This document shows positions 26,126-39,941 of a stretch of 64,000 nucleotides of DNA, in pieces. The stretch's first letter is position 1; each line of letters starts with the position of its first letter. The translations under genes and the position numbers were made by a program. Source of the DNA: an uncultured Gemmatimonadaceae bacterium (GTDB lineage: Bacteria; Gemmatimonadota; Gemmatimonadetes; Gemmatimonadales; Gemmatimonadaceae); contig CAVUDW010000002.1 of assembly GCA_963740355.1 (NCBI GenBank), positions 2,368,001 through 2,432,000 on the forward strand, given 5' to 3'. A model generated the notes under the pieces. That model did no database searches and had not been told where the DNA came from. It saw only the letters and a program-made list of their open reading frames with translations.

Positions 26126-27303
26126 CGCGCACGCACGATGCCTCGGCGTGCCGCCTCGTAGACACTGCGATACCGTTCCGCGACGGCGGCTGGCGCGACG
26201 AGCTCCATCATGCTGGCCCGACCCGTTGCCCCCATCGTCGCTCGACGTCCGGCGTCTGAGACAATACGGTTGATCGCCTGGCTCCATGCGCTCGGATCGT
26301 CGAGCGCGTCGAGCAGCGCACCGGTCACACCATCCTGCACGATGTCCGGCAGGCCACCAGAATTCGCGGCCACGACCGGCGTCTCGCAGAGCAGCGATTC
26401 CGCCGCGACGAGACCGAACCCTTCGTCTCGAGACGGCACCAGTGTGCACGACGCCTGCGCGTAGAATGCGGGCATGTTGTCGCGCGATTGGTGCCCATGC
26501 CACGCGATGCGATGGGCAATGCCGAGTTGTGCGGCAAGGGCGTGCAATGCGCTGGCATCGGGGCCGTCGCCAACGACGTCGAGGTGTATCTCGTCGGGGA
26601 GATCGGCGAGGGCGCGAAGCAGGACGATTGGATTCTTCTGCGCATTCAAGCGACCGACGAACAGCAGGCGCGGCGGAGTTGCGCGGATGGCCGCATTGGC
26701 GGCGAATCGCTGCACGTCAGCAGGCATCGGGGCCACCGTCACCGGCGCGGCCGTCAACGGCCGGAGGCGATCGGCAAGCCAGCGACTGACGGTGGTCACT
26801 GCCACTGCGCGACCAAGTGCGAACGATGCCAGCGACGCCGTCATGCCGGTGGCCATGCGTGCATCACTCCCATGCGACGTCACGACCAGCGGCACCCTCG
26901 AACGCGCCGAGATGCTCCCGATGGCGAGCGCCGACGGAAACCACCAGTGGGCGTGCACGATGTCGATGTCACCACTCGCCAGTCGATGGCGTGTGGCACG
27001 GCGCAGTGATCCCATCAGGCGCAGCAGTGCGCGCTTGCCGCGCGTCGATCCCTTGACCTGCTCGGCCATCGTGCCTGTGTAGGCGAGGGTTTCGTCTGCC
27101 TCGTCGCCGTAGCGAACTCGATGCACGTGGATGCCGTCCACGATGTCACGTTCCGGCAGTCCACTGGCGTGCGGTGCGATCACTTCGACCGTGATGTCGA
27201 CGGTGGCCAGCGCCTGCGCCAGGTCGAGCAGGAAGCCACCTGCCGCGTCGCCACTGGAGCGCGGAAAGTTGTGCGTGACGAACAGGACGCGACGAACGGT
27301 CAC
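26122..27303 (-). CDS. Glycosyltransferase family 4
   Basis: VHAHW, TSHGSD, FVGRLNAQK, EGFGLVAAE, GGLPDIV. Confidence 0.92.
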   Translation of the reverse strand: MTVRRVLFVTHNFPRSSGDAAGGFLLDLAQALATVDITVEVIAPHASGLPERDIVDGIHVHRVRYGDEADETLAYTGTMAEQVKGSTRGKRALLRLMGSLRRATRHRLASGDIDIVHAHWWFPSALAIGSISARSRVPLVVTSHGSDARMATGMTASLASFALGRAVAVTTVSRWLADRLRPLTAAPVTVAPMPADVQRFAANAAIRATPPRLLFVGRLNAQKNPIVLLRALADLPDEIHLDVVGDGPDASALHALAAQLGIAHRIAWHGHQSRDNMPAFYAQASCTLVPSRDEGFGLVAAESLLCETPVVAANSGGLPDIVQDGVTGALLDALDDPSAWSQAINRIVSDAGRRATMGATGRASMMELVAPAAVAERYRSVYEAARRGIVRAR

Positions 27304-28373
27304 GAGGCGTCGGTGAGGCGCCTCGCGTCCAGCTCGCGGCGAATCTCGCGCAGTTCGGCGCGCTGCACGGCGATCATCTCACCGAGAAATCCGCCGACGA
27401 AGAGGACAGAACCGACGATGATGCAGGTCTCGATCAGGTTCAGCATCGGGCGGAAGCCGACACCGGCGAAGATCCGGATGCCGAGCGCAATGATGCCGGT
27501 GAGTACACCGATGAAGAACAAGCCGGCGCCGAGCAGGCCGAAGAACAACAGCGGCTTGCGGCCAAAGCGCAGCTCGAACCAAACGGAAAGCATGTCGATC
27601 ACGCCGACCGGGATCCGTCCGATACCGAACTTCGACTTGCCGGCGTTGCGCGGGTAGAGCGGCACCGGAATCTCGGTGACGCTGAATCCCTCGAAGTGTG
27701 CGATCACGATCATGTAGCGATGCCAGTCGGGGCGCACCGGCAGGGCATTCATGATCTCGCGACGGTACGCCTTCACACTATTGAGGTCCTTCACCGGCAC
27801 ATCGAACAACGAGCGGCTGAGCCAGTTGTAGATGCCGCTGACGAACGCCTTCTCGTACTTCCCTTCCTTGAATCCGGTGACCATGTCGGCCTGGTTCGCC
27901 AGGATCGGCGCCACCAGGCGCGGGATGTCCTCTGGCTTGAACTGGAGGTCGGCGGGATAGAAGACGAGGATGTCGCCGCGCGAATTGAGCCAGCCTGTGC
28001 GCAGCCCATCGGCGATGCCGCGCTGCGTCCGGTGGCGCACCGCGCGCAGGAATGGGTACTGCTCCTGCAGTCGCTGCAGCACAGCCCAGGAGTCGTCCTT
28101 CGAGCCGTCGTCCACCACGATCACTTCGTAGCGCGTCGTCGAGCCCTTGAACGCGGCGGCCGCCTGCTCCATGAAGAGCGGCAGGTTTTCCGCCTCGTCC
28201 TTCGCGGGCACGAGTACACTGACATCCACACCGGTGTCGGGATGCGAACGCTGCGAAGTGGACATGGCGCGTGCGGTGGTGGTCATGCTGCCCTGAACGC
28301 TACCGGCGAGCGTAGACTCAGCGATGCCGGTGGTGCTTCCAGTGGTGCTTTCGGTGGTGGCCTGGCTGCTCAT
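27300..28373 (-). CDS. Glycosyltransferase family 2 (ArnC/GtrB-like, two C-terminal TM helices)
   Basis: VPAKDE, VDDGSKD, PADLQ, HRY, RNAGKSKF. Confidence 0.9.
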   Translation of the reverse strand: MSSQATTESTTGSTTGIAESTLAGSVQGSMTTTARAMSTSQRSHPDTGVDVSVLVPAKDEAENLPLFMEQAAAAFKGSTTRYEVIVVDDGSKDDSWAVLQRLQEQYPFLRAVRHRTQRGIADGLRTGWLNSRGDILVFYPADLQFKPEDIPRLVAPILANQADMVTGFKEGKYEKAFVSGIYNWLSRSLFDVPVKDLNSVKAYRREIMNALPVRPDWHRYMIVIAHFEGFSVTEIPVPLYPRNAGKSKFGIGRIPVGVIDMLSVWFELRFGRKPLLFFGLLGAGLFFIGVLTGIIALGIRIFAGVGFRPMLNLIETCIIVGSVLFVGGFLGEMIAVQRAELREIRRELDARRLTDAS

Positions 28374-29848
28374 ACGCGCTTCCGCATGCGCGCCGAGAGC
28401 ACGCCGAGTTGGTCACGGTACTTGGCAACGGTGCGACGTGCGATCACGACGCCTCCCTGCTTCAGGATATCGACGATCGCCTGGTCGGTGAGCGGATCCT
28501 TTGCGTCCTCGGCATCGACAAGCTTCTTGATCTGGTCCTTGATGCCACGCGCCGACACATCGTCACCGTCGGTGGTGGACAGGCCGGACGAGAAGAAGAA
28601 CTTGAGCGGAAGCACCCCACGCGGTGTCTGGACGAATTTCTCGTTCGTCACACGACTCACCGTGGATTCGTGCATGCCGATCACTTCCGCCACTTCGCGC
28701 AGCGTGAGCGGCTTGAGGAACTGCACACCCTTCTCGAAGAAGTCGCGCTGGCGCTCGACGATATAGTTCATGACCTTCAGCATGGTCGCCCGACGCTGCT
28801 CGATGGCCTGAATCATCCAGTGCGCAGAGTTCATCTTGTTGGCGATGAAATCCTTGCTTTCGGTATCGTACTTTTTCTTGTCGCGCGCGATGTCCTGATA
28901 GGTGCGGCTGAGCTTGAGCCGCGGCAGGTTGCCGTCGTTCAGGTACACGACATATCGACCATCGACCTTGTCGACGACGAGGTCGGGGATGATGTAGTGT
29001 TCGTTGTCAGGCGCGAACTTGAGGCCGGGCTTCGGGTCGAGCTTCGCGATCTGGTCGGCGACCGCCTGCACTTCCGAGACCGAGATGCCGAAGCGCTTGG
29101 CCATCTCGCTCCAGCGATGGCCAATCAGCTCCTCGAAGCCGTCGCGCACCAGCGCATACGCCACGCTGTCGTCGAGCCCCTGCTGCGACAGCTGCAGCAA
29201 CAGGCACTCGCGCAGGTTGCGCGCGCCAACGCCCGGCGGGTCGAGCTGCTGGATGATCGGCAGCAACGCCTCGACTTCCTCCATCGTGTACATCGGCAGT
29301 TCACTGATGTCGATCCCGGCCGACTCGGCCACGCGCAAGACTTCCGTGTTGACGCCAGTGAGGATCTCGGACAGGTCACAACCGAGATAGCCGTCCTCGT
29401 TGATGTTGCCCACGAACTCGTCGGCGAGATATGCCTGACGCGTCGTGAGCTCGAGCATCTGGACCTGATCGCGCAGGTGATCCATCAGGTCGCGCGACAT
29501 CACCGTCACCGGCTCGATGTACTCGCGCTCCTCGTACTCCTCCTTGCGGCCGCCAGTCTCGAAGCCGTCCTCGAGGATCTTCTGCCAATCCATCTCGTCG
29601 GTGTTGTCCGCCTTTTGTTCTTCAGGCGTCGCAACCTCGAGGGCCTCGATCCCGTCCTCGCTCTCGTTGTCCTCGTCCTCGGGCACCAGCTCGAGGAACG
29701 GATTGATGAGCAGCTCCTGCTGGAGGTGCTGCTGGAGGTCGAGCAGCGGCATGTAGAGGAGATCCATCGCCTGGTACAGGCGAGGATTGACCTTCATCTC
29801 CTGCCGCATGGACGTGCTCTGATTGAGCCCCGTCTTGAAGCCGCTCAT
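28370..29848 (-). CDS. rpoN: RNA polymerase sigma-54 factor
   Basis: LDPPGVGAR, HESTVSR, RpoN box ARRTVAKYR. Confidence 0.97.
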   Translation of the reverse strand: MSGFKTGLNQSTSMRQEMKVNPRLYQAMDLLYMPLLDLQQHLQQELLINPFLELVPEDEDNESEDGIEALEVATPEEQKADNTDEMDWQKILEDGFETGGRKEEYEEREYIEPVTVMSRDLMDHLRDQVQMLELTTRQAYLADEFVGNINEDGYLGCDLSEILTGVNTEVLRVAESAGIDISELPMYTMEEVEALLPIIQQLDPPGVGARNLRECLLLQLSQQGLDDSVAYALVRDGFEELIGHRWSEMAKRFGISVSEVQAVADQIAKLDPKPGLKFAPDNEHYIIPDLVVDKVDGRYVVYLNDGNLPRLKLSRTYQDIARDKKKYDTESKDFIANKMNSAHWMIQAIEQRRATMLKVMNYIVERQRDFFEKGVQFLKPLTLREVAEVIGMHESTVSRVTNEKFVQTPRGVLPLKFFFSSGLSTTDGDDVSARGIKDQIKKLVDAEDAKDPLTDQAIVDILKQGGVVIARRTVAKYRDQLGVLSARMRKRV

Positions 29849-29879
29849 CGGCGGCCTCCCGCGCTGGTGTCGCGGTGCA

Positions 29880-31137
29880 TCACGCCACGCCCTTCGTCTC
29901 GTCGCGCGAGAATCGATCGCGCAGACGGGCGGCGAGGGTCGGTCCGAGGTACAACTCGGCCACTGTGTCGTCGAAGACCAGTTCGCGGACGGTGCCGGAC
30001 ACCTTCACCTGGCCGTCGAACATGATGTAGGCCCGGTCGACGATATCCAGCGTCTGCTCCACGTTATGGTCCGAGATGAGGACGCCTATCCCGCGGTGAC
30101 GCAACCCAGCCACGATCTGCTGGATGTCGTGCACGGCGATCGGGTCCACGCCGGCGAACGGCTCGTCGAGCATCATGAACTTCGGCTCGGTGACGAGCGC
30201 ACGCGTGATCTCCAGCCGGCGACGTTCACCGCCAGAGAGCGCGTATGCCTTGCTCTTGCGCAGGTGCTTGATGCTGAGCTCGTCGAGCAGCTTTTCCAGA
30301 CGCTTGCGCCTTCTCGGCCGCCGGCAGCTTGAGCGTCTCGAGGATGGCCAGGATGTTCTCTTCCACGGTCAGCTTGCGGAAGATCGACGGCTCCTGCGAG
30401 AGGTAGCCGATGCCGTTGCGCGCGCGCTTGAACATCGGCATCGCGGTGATGTCCTTGCCGTCGAGGATGATCTTGCCGCTCTGCGGTTGGATCAGTCCGA
30501 CGATCATGTAGAACGTGGTCGTCTTGCCGGCGCCATTGGGACCGAGCAATCCGACGATTTCACCTTGCCGAAGGTGGAGCGCGACGTCGTTGACGACGCT
30601 GCGCTTCTTGTACGTCTTGACGAGCCCCTTCGCCTCGAGCTGCGAGGTGAGCTTGGCCTGCGTGGTTGGCGTGAAGGCGGGTGCGCGGCCGGTCTGGATG
30701 CCGACGTTCTGGGTGGTGCGTCGCCGCACCTCGGCGGTGACCGTCTCGCGATTTTCCTTCACCACGCCCCAGACGGTGCTGAGCACCTGCACCTTCGCGC
30801 CGGGCTGGTCCACGCCGCCGGCGGGCAACGTGATCACACCTTCGGCCACGAGGCGCGGCAGCAGCGCGTCGCGGAGGTGCGCACGCACCTGATCGAGACT
30901 GAGCGTGCCTGCGGCGCGCTCGGCGTCGCGACCGGCTGCCTTTTCGACCAGCAGGTAGTCTTCGCGATAGACGCGTGCCACGTCGTCGAAACGCGCCATG
31001 CCGTCCTCGACATTCGCAGTCGCGAACAACGCGTGCAACGCCATCACCGGTCCTCGGTCATGCGGTGCAAAATGCTCGACGAGCGCGCGAATGCGTGCCG
31101 GGAGTTCGTCGTCAGACGGCGTCGGCTGATCGATCAC
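29880..31137 (-). CDS. lptB: LPS export ABC ATPase with about 165-aa N-terminal extension; frameshifted by one extra base near 30311-30312
   Basis: Walker [10 protein letters not shown] and YLSQEPSIF in one frame; [22 protein letters not shown] in another; removing one A from GAGAAGGCGC joins them. Confidence 0.9.
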
Positions 31138-32795
31138 GGGCGGCCTGGTGCAGTGCGTGAAGGAACCGCGACAGCGGGCTTCGCTGGCGGTCGGGTCGTG
31201 GCGGGCGTCGGCGATGCCGGTGTGACAGGCTTCGTCGTCGCTGGTGCAGGTGTCACAGCTGGTGCCACGAGACTCGCTGGTGTCGTTGCGCCGCCGGGTG
31301 GGACCTTGGTCGTATCGCCTGGCACGGTGAGGGAGTCGCGCACCGGCTCGAGATAGAGGCCGACCGCATGTTCGTCGATCTGGACGCGCGACACGCCGGT
31401 CGAATCCATGACGACGGTGATGCGATCACCACGCGAATAGTTGATGGCCGGTCGATCTGGCGTTCCGCCTTGGGCGGGGACCTGGTATCGCGCGCTGGCG
31501 TGGCCATTGGCCTGCAACTCGCGAAGCTGCGGCTTGGTTGCTGCGCTGTCAGCAGCGCTGGTCGCTGAATCGCGCACCGCAACGACCGGCGCTGTCACCG
31601 TATCCGCCGCTGGCTTCGGGGTCGGCGTGCGCCCGCGGCGCGTAGGCGTTGGGGTTGCAGCTGGACTTGGCGTCGCCGTCGTGCGCGCAGGTGCCGCAGT
31701 CACCCGGCGTGCGCGTGCTGTCGAGTCGAAGAAGGCGAAGATGGTGTCACCCTTCAGCCAGTCCTTTTCACCCGTACGAATCGTGGCGGTATCGGGAATC
31801 GTGGTGGCCACCGCGTCGTGGAAGGCGCGTACTTCGCGCAACTGCTGGTTCGGCATGCGCACGGCAAGCGAGTCCGCGATCAGGTCCCGATCTGGCGACA
31901 CCGCACGCGCGCGCGACTTGCCCCAGATGTAGGCCGCCTGCGCCTTGTTGTTGTCGACACGCAGGTCGATCGTGTCGGCGGTGAGCAACAGGTCGTCACT
32001 GGTGGCGCGTGCATCCGCCTGCGCCAGCACACGCTGCACGATGCGATTCCTGGTGTACAGTTCGACCTGCTTCCCGCGCAGGGTGTAGCCACGTTCGCCC
32101 TTGCCGATGATGACCGGCGAGATCATGAGACGCGCCAGTTCGTTGCCGCTGTCGAGGAATGCCGAGTCGCTGCGGGCGTCGAGATCGGATCGCGTGATCT
32201 CGACTTTCCCACCGGCGTACACCAGGGAGTCGTTGTCGGTGGTGATCTGGTTGGCCGTGATCTGCACGGGCTCCGACTGCTTGCCGCTGGAGTCGCGCTG
32301 CGACAGCCACAGTCGCGGACGCTGCACTGCCTCGAGCTTGGCTGCCGGCCGGAAGCCACGCACGGCCCGGTAATACGTGGCCTGTGGTCCGCGCATGATC
32401 GATCCGCTCGGCAGCGTCGCTTCCACATTGCCGGTTGCAAGCAAGCGTTCGTCGGCCTGGAAATAGTTCATCTGGTCGCTACTGACTCGCACCCGCGGTT
32501 CGGTGTAGCGCACGTGACCAAGCAGGTAGAGCACCTGTGCCTGCTGATACCACTCGGCACTGTCAGCCAGCAGTCGCACATCCTGATTCTGGCAGCGCGC
32601 AGCTACGCGACCACCGATGAACACGTTCCGGGGGCCGTTCGGCGTCGACGTCGTGGTCGCGAGTCGGAGCGGCGAAGAATCGGGCACTGCGGCGCGAAGT
32701 TCGATGTCACACCGCCCACCAGGCGCCTGCGCGCGGACGATCGACGCCACAGCAGTGGCGAGACCGAACAGCAGCAGCAGGCGGCGTGCGATCAC
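31134..32795 (-). CDS. Large OstA/LptA-like periplasmic LPS transport protein
   Basis: Signal peptide, repeated beta-jellyroll-like segments, position between lptC and lptB. Confidence 0.75.
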   Translation of the reverse strand: MIARRLLLLFGLATAVASIVRAQAPGGRCDIELRAAVPDSSPLRLATTTSTPNGPRNVFIGGRVAARCQNQDVRLLADSAEWYQQAQVLYLLGHVRYTEPRVRVSSDQMNYFQADERLLATGNVEATLPSGSIMRGPQATYYRAVRGFRPAAKLEAVQRPRLWLSQRDSSGKQSEPVQITANQITTDNDSLVYAGGKVEITRSDLDARSDSAFLDSGNELARLMISPVIIGKGERGYTLRGKQVELYTRNRIVQRVLAQADARATSDDLLLTADTIDLRVDNNKAQAAYIWGKSRARAVSPDRDLIADSLAVRMPNQQLREVRAFHDAVATTIPDTATIRTGEKDWLKGDTIFAFFDSTARARRVTAAPARTTATPSPAATPTPTRRGRTPTPKPAADTVTAPVVAVRDSATSAADSAATKPQLRELQANGHASARYQVPAQGGTPDRPAINYSRGDRITVVMDSTGVSRVQIDEHAVGLYLEPVRDSLTVPGDTTKVPPGGATTPASLVAPAVTPAPATTKPVTPASPTPATTRPPAKPAVAVPSRTAPGRP

Positions 32796-33469
32796 TGCTT
32801 GATCCTCTTCGCTGCCGCGCCAACTGGTACTTGCGGTCGCTGTGGCACTTTCACGGCGGGCACACCGGTCGACGGTGCAACGTCCGGCACGGCGTCCGTA
32901 CGGAACACTGGCGCGGAGCCCTTCGCCGACGGCAGCACGATGCTGGCACCGGTTGCACGCGAGAGCTGGCGTACCTTCACGCTCAGCATCTGCGGATCAC
33001 TCTCGAAGCCAATGCCTTCGAGACGACGCTCTCCTTCCACCAACACGAACGGGCTGTCGGAGACGATCAGGTTGCGGAACTGCTCGAAGCGAACCATCGG
33101 CGACGTGAGTCGCTTGCCATCGGTGCTGACGATGACGACGTTCTGCCGAGCTTCCATCACGTTGGCGCGTGTGTTGTAGGTGCCACGCTTGGCGGTCAGC
33201 ACGCCATCGCGCGCCCCTTCCTTGTTGAAGAACGTCGTCGACACCACGCGCAGCTCGGCGCGGGTGTTCTCGTCGAAGAAGTACCCCGTGTCAGCGAGCA
33301 GTTCGGCGCGCTGCACGCCCCGATCGGTGATGATCGTGCGAAGCTTGAACATGACCTGGTCCGCCGAGTCGGCGGTGGTCGCCGTCCGTGCGACCTTGGT
33401 CTTGTCGTCGCGCTTGCATCCCGCAACCGCTGCGGCAAGCGTGACGGCGATCAGCAGGAAGCGGCGCAT
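32792..33469 (-). CDS. lptC: LPS export protein LptC (lipoprotein-type signal)
   Basis: AVAGC lipobox, LTAKRG, VSDSPF, GIGFESD; synteny. Confidence 0.8.
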   Translation of the reverse strand: MRRFLLIAVTLAAAVAGCKRDDKTKVARTATTADSADQVMFKLRTIITDRGVQRAELLADTGYFFDENTRAELRVVSTTFFNKEGARDGVLTAKRGTYNTRANVMEARQNVVIVSTDGKRLTSPMVRFEQFRNLIVSDSPFVLVEGERRLEGIGFESDPQMLSVKVRQLSRATGASIVLPSAKGSAPVFRTDAVPDVAPSTGVPAVKVPQRPQVPVGAAAKRIKQ

Positions 33470-34434
33470 CAGACGACCCCCGCACGCAGCAGGTCGTGCA
33501 GGTGCACGATGCCGACAAGGCGATCATCACTGTTCAGCACTGGCATGGCCATGATGCCGAAGCGCTCCATACGGAAGACCACACCGCTGGCCAGTTCGTC
33601 GGCACGCGCCAGCCGCGGGGTCCGTGTCATCACGTCGGCCACAGGCACTGAGAATGGGTCACCACTGCGTTCGAGGAGCCGCGCCAGGTCGCCCGCCGAC
33701 ACGACACCGCTCACGGCACCGTCGCCGGTGCTCAGCACTACCAGTCCTCGCCGCTCAGCCAGCGGCACGATTGCTTCGCGCATGGTGGCTGTTACCGGCA
33801 GCACGGGCAGATGTTCGTCTTCCATGACCTCTGCGACCGTCGTGAGCAGCTTCTTGCCAAGCGCACCGCCGGGATGCAGGCGCGCAAAGTCCTCGCGTCG
33901 GAACCCTTTGTGCTCGAGCAATGCCACCGCCAGCGCATCCCCGAGGGCCAGCGCCGCGGTGGTGCTGGTGGTCGGCGCGAGATCGTGCGGACAGGCTTCC
34001 TCGGTCACTGCCGCGTCGAGTGTCGCGTCAGCGGCACGGCCGAGGGTCGACTTGACCTCGCCCGTAATTGCAATCACTCCGACACCAAGTCGCTTCAACT
34101 CCTGCAGTAGCGGGAGCAGCTCGGCGGTCTCGCCACTCTTCGACAGCAGGATTGCAATGTCATCCGGCCCGACGATACCGAGATCACCATGCACACTCTC
34201 GACAGGGTGCAGGAAGGTGGCCGGCGTGCCGGTGGATGTCAGCGTGGCGGCGATCTTTCGGCCAATCAGGCCGGACTTGCCCACGCCGGCCACGATGACG
34301 CGGCCTCGCGAGCGAGCGATCAGCAGCACGGCCCGCGCGAAATTGTCGTCGAGTCGCCCTTCCACCGCCGCAATGGCCTCGCGCTCGAGACGCAGCACCC
34401 GCACGCCACTGGTCAACAATTCTGCGTCGGTCAT
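33469..34434 (-). CDS. kdsD: Arabinose-5-phosphate isomerase (KpsF/GutQ)
   Basis: GVGKSG, HGDLG, SKSGET, EACPHDLAPTTSTT, HPGGALG, CBS pair. Confidence 0.95.
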   Translation of the reverse strand: MTDAELLTSGVRVLRLEREAIAAVEGRLDDNFARAVLLIARSRGRVIVAGVGKSGLIGRKIAATLTSTGTPATFLHPVESVHGDLGIVGPDDIAILLSKSGETAELLPLLQELKRLGVGVIAITGEVKSTLGRAADATLDAAVTEEACPHDLAPTTSTTAALALGDALAVALLEHKGFRREDFARLHPGGALGKKLLTTVAEVMEDEHLPVLPVTATMREAIVPLAERRGLVVLSTGDGAVSGVVSAGDLARLLERSGDPFSVPVADVMTRTPRLARADELASGVVFRMERFGIMAMPVLNSDDRLVGIVHLHDLLRAGVV

Positions 34435-35002
34435 GAGGCGTGCGCCTCGACGCCGGCGCTGTCGCTGACATAGGCGGCCACCAAGCCATCCCATTCGCCG
34501 CGCGCCTGGAGCAGCATTTCGATGAACTCTCGCGCTGCGCCACGCCCACCCTCGCGCGTCAACTGCACGGTCGCGACAGCCTTCACTTCCGCGACCGCGT
34601 TCGACGGCGCGGCGGCGAGCGCAACCTGCTGCATGACTGCGATATCGGCGAGGTCATCGCCCATGAAGGCAATCGCGTCGAAAGGAATGCCCAGCTCATC
34701 GCTCAGTGCGCGCAGGGTCGGGACCTTCTTCAGCCCCCTGCCTTGCTTCAGGTGCGTGATGCCGAGTTCGTGTGCGCGAAGAGTCGTGGCACCGGAATGC
34801 CTCGCGGAAATGAACGCGATCGCAATCCCGGCGCGACGGAGCATCACGATGCCCAGCCCGTCCTGCACATCGAAGCGCTTCATCTCGATCCGCTCATCTA
34901 CCACATCGTTGTTCGAATCACCGATGTAGACGCCATTGTCCGTCAGCGTCCCATCGACATCGAACGCCACGAGGGCGATGCGCCGGGCGAGCGTGGGATC
35001 GA

Positions 35003-35006
<4 letters not shown>
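34431..35006 (-). CDS. kdsC: KDO-8-phosphate phosphatase
   Basis: FDVDGTLTD, FDVQDGLG, MGDD, GGRGAARE. Confidence 0.93.
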
Positions 35007-38270
<3,264 letters not shown>

Positions 38271-38433
38271 GCGAGATCCCTCGTCGGATCGATTGCGGCA
38301 AGAATCATTCCAGTAACGTAGACCCTTGGAGCGCAATGGCAATGGCGTACGGGTCCGCTCAGCTGTTGCGTCCGGTCCTCACGCGTCTAAGCAAGCAAAC
38401 TGGGCAGGAATTGTGCCCTGCGGCAGGCCGAGT

Positions 38434-39030
38434 TTACCGAGTCGTGGCAGCGTGCGACCGCGCCAGTGACAGGAAGTTCTGGAGCAGCTGTTTGCCCCCC
38501 TCGGTGAGCACGGACTCGGGATGGAATTGCACGCCCCAGACGGGGTGCTCCCGGTGCCGCAAGGCGTGGATTTCCGTCGCCGAATCAGTCGCCCGAGCCG
38601 TCACTTCCAGCACCGACGGCAGCGACGCCGGCTCGACCACCAGCGAGTGGTATCGCATCACGCGCAGTGGTGACGGCAGGCCCGCGAAGAGCTCGGTGCC
38701 ATCGTGCACGAGGTCGGACGTCTTGCCGTGCATCACCCGGTCGGCGCGCACCACGCACCCACCGTACGCTTCGCCAATCGCCTGGTGCCCGAGGCAGACA
38801 CCAAGGATCGGAATCGTGGAGCCCCACTGCTGAATCACGGGCACCGTGATGCCGGCCTCGCCTGGCGTGCACGGGCCCGGCGACAGGACGATCGCCTCCG
38901 GGGCCATTGCCCCGACGGCGTCCACGGTCAACTCGTCGTTGCGATGCACGGCCAGTGTCTCGCCCATCTCGCCCAGGTACTGCACCAGGTTCCAGGTGAA
39001 CGAGTCGTAGTTGTCGAGGATCAGGATCAT
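38434..39030 (-). CDS. Anthranilate / aminodeoxychorismate synthase component II (TrpG/PabA)
   Basis: DNYDSFTWNL, SPGP, GVCLGHQ, RYHSL, QFHPES. Confidence 0.95.
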   Translation of the reverse strand: MILILDNYDSFTWNLVQYLGEMGETLAVHRNDELTVDAVGAMAPEAIVLSPGPCTPGEAGITVPVIQQWGSTIPILGVCLGHQAIGEAYGGCVVRADRVMHGKTSDLVHDGTELFAGLPSPLRVMRYHSLVVEPASLPSVLEVTARATDSATEIHALRHREHPVWGVQFHPESVLTEGGKQLLQNFLSLARSHAATTR

Positions 39031-39941
39031 GCGCCGCGGGGATGGAACTGTCGGTGAATCTGCTGCAGGTAGCTGCGATCGACGTGGGTGTACAACTGCG
39101 TGGTCGCGATGTCGGCGTGGCCGAGCATGTCCTGCACGGCACGCAGGTCCGCGCCACCTTCCAACAGATGCGTGGCGAACGAGTGGCGCAAGGTGTGCGG
39201 CGTGACGTGTGTGGTGATTCCAGCGGCATCGACATACTTCCGCAACAGCTTCCAGGCGCCCATGCGTGACAACTGTCCGCCGCGCGCATTCACGAACAAC
39301 GTGGCGGTCGGTGCACCGTGCACCAGCGTCGGACGCAGTTCGCGGGTGTAAATCGCCACGGCAGCCAGCGCGCGTCGGCCAATCGGAACCAGCCGCTCCT
39401 TGTTCCCCTTCCCGACGACACGCACAATGCGCTCATCCATGTACACGTCGCCGATCCCAAGCGTGATCCACTCACTCACGCGCAGGCCTGCGCCGTACGC
39501 CACCTCGAACAAGGCGCGGTCGCGAAATGCGAGCCGCTCGTCGAGCGAGATCGCGCCGATGATGCGGTCGACTTCGTCCGGTGACAAGACGTCCGGCAGC
39601 GTCCGCCATTTCTTCGGCGTCTCGAGTTGCTCGCTGGGATCGTGCTTGATGTACGACTCACCGACCAGGAAGCGATAGAAACCACGCACCGCACTGACCA
39701 TCCGGCTGACCGACGCCGGCGCAAGGCCGAGGTCCACGAGGTGGTGGATGAAGCCGCGCAGCATTCGTGCATCGATGGCGGTGGGCGACGGGCTCCCGTG
39801 CAACGCGAGGTACTCGTGCAGGCGCAGCAGGTCGCGGCCGTACGCCTCGATGGTGCGTGGTGACGATCCCTGCTCGAGCGACATCGTGTCGAGCCACGCG
39901 TCGGCGTGCTCGAGGGGATGTGACGCGCCGATCGGCGTCAT
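39027..39941 (-). CDS. xerD: Tyrosine recombinase XerD
   Basis: LPDVLS, RDRA, GLRVSE, GKGNKERLVP, TPHTLRHSFATHLLEGGADLRAVQDMLGH, TQLYTH, HPR. Confidence 0.92.
   Translation of the reverse strand: MTPIGASHPLEHADAWLDTMSLEQGSSPRTIEAYGRDLLRLHEYLALHGSPSPTAIDARMLRGFIHHLVDLGLAPASVSRMVSAVRGFYRFLVGESYIKHDPSEQLETPKKWRTLPDVLSPDEVDRIIGAISLDERLAFRDRALFEVAYGAGLRVSEWITLGIGDVYMDERIVRVVGKGNKERLVPIGRRALAAVAIYTRELRPTLVHGAPTATLFVNARGGQLSRMGAWKLLRKYVDAAGITTHVTPHTLRHSFATHLLEGGADLRAVQDMLGHADIATTQLYTHVDRSYLQQIHRQFHPRGA

Noticed and set aside
39027..39941. Second mobile-element integrase
   Set aside because: Size, motifs and housekeeping context fit chromosomal XerD; no att site or cargo.
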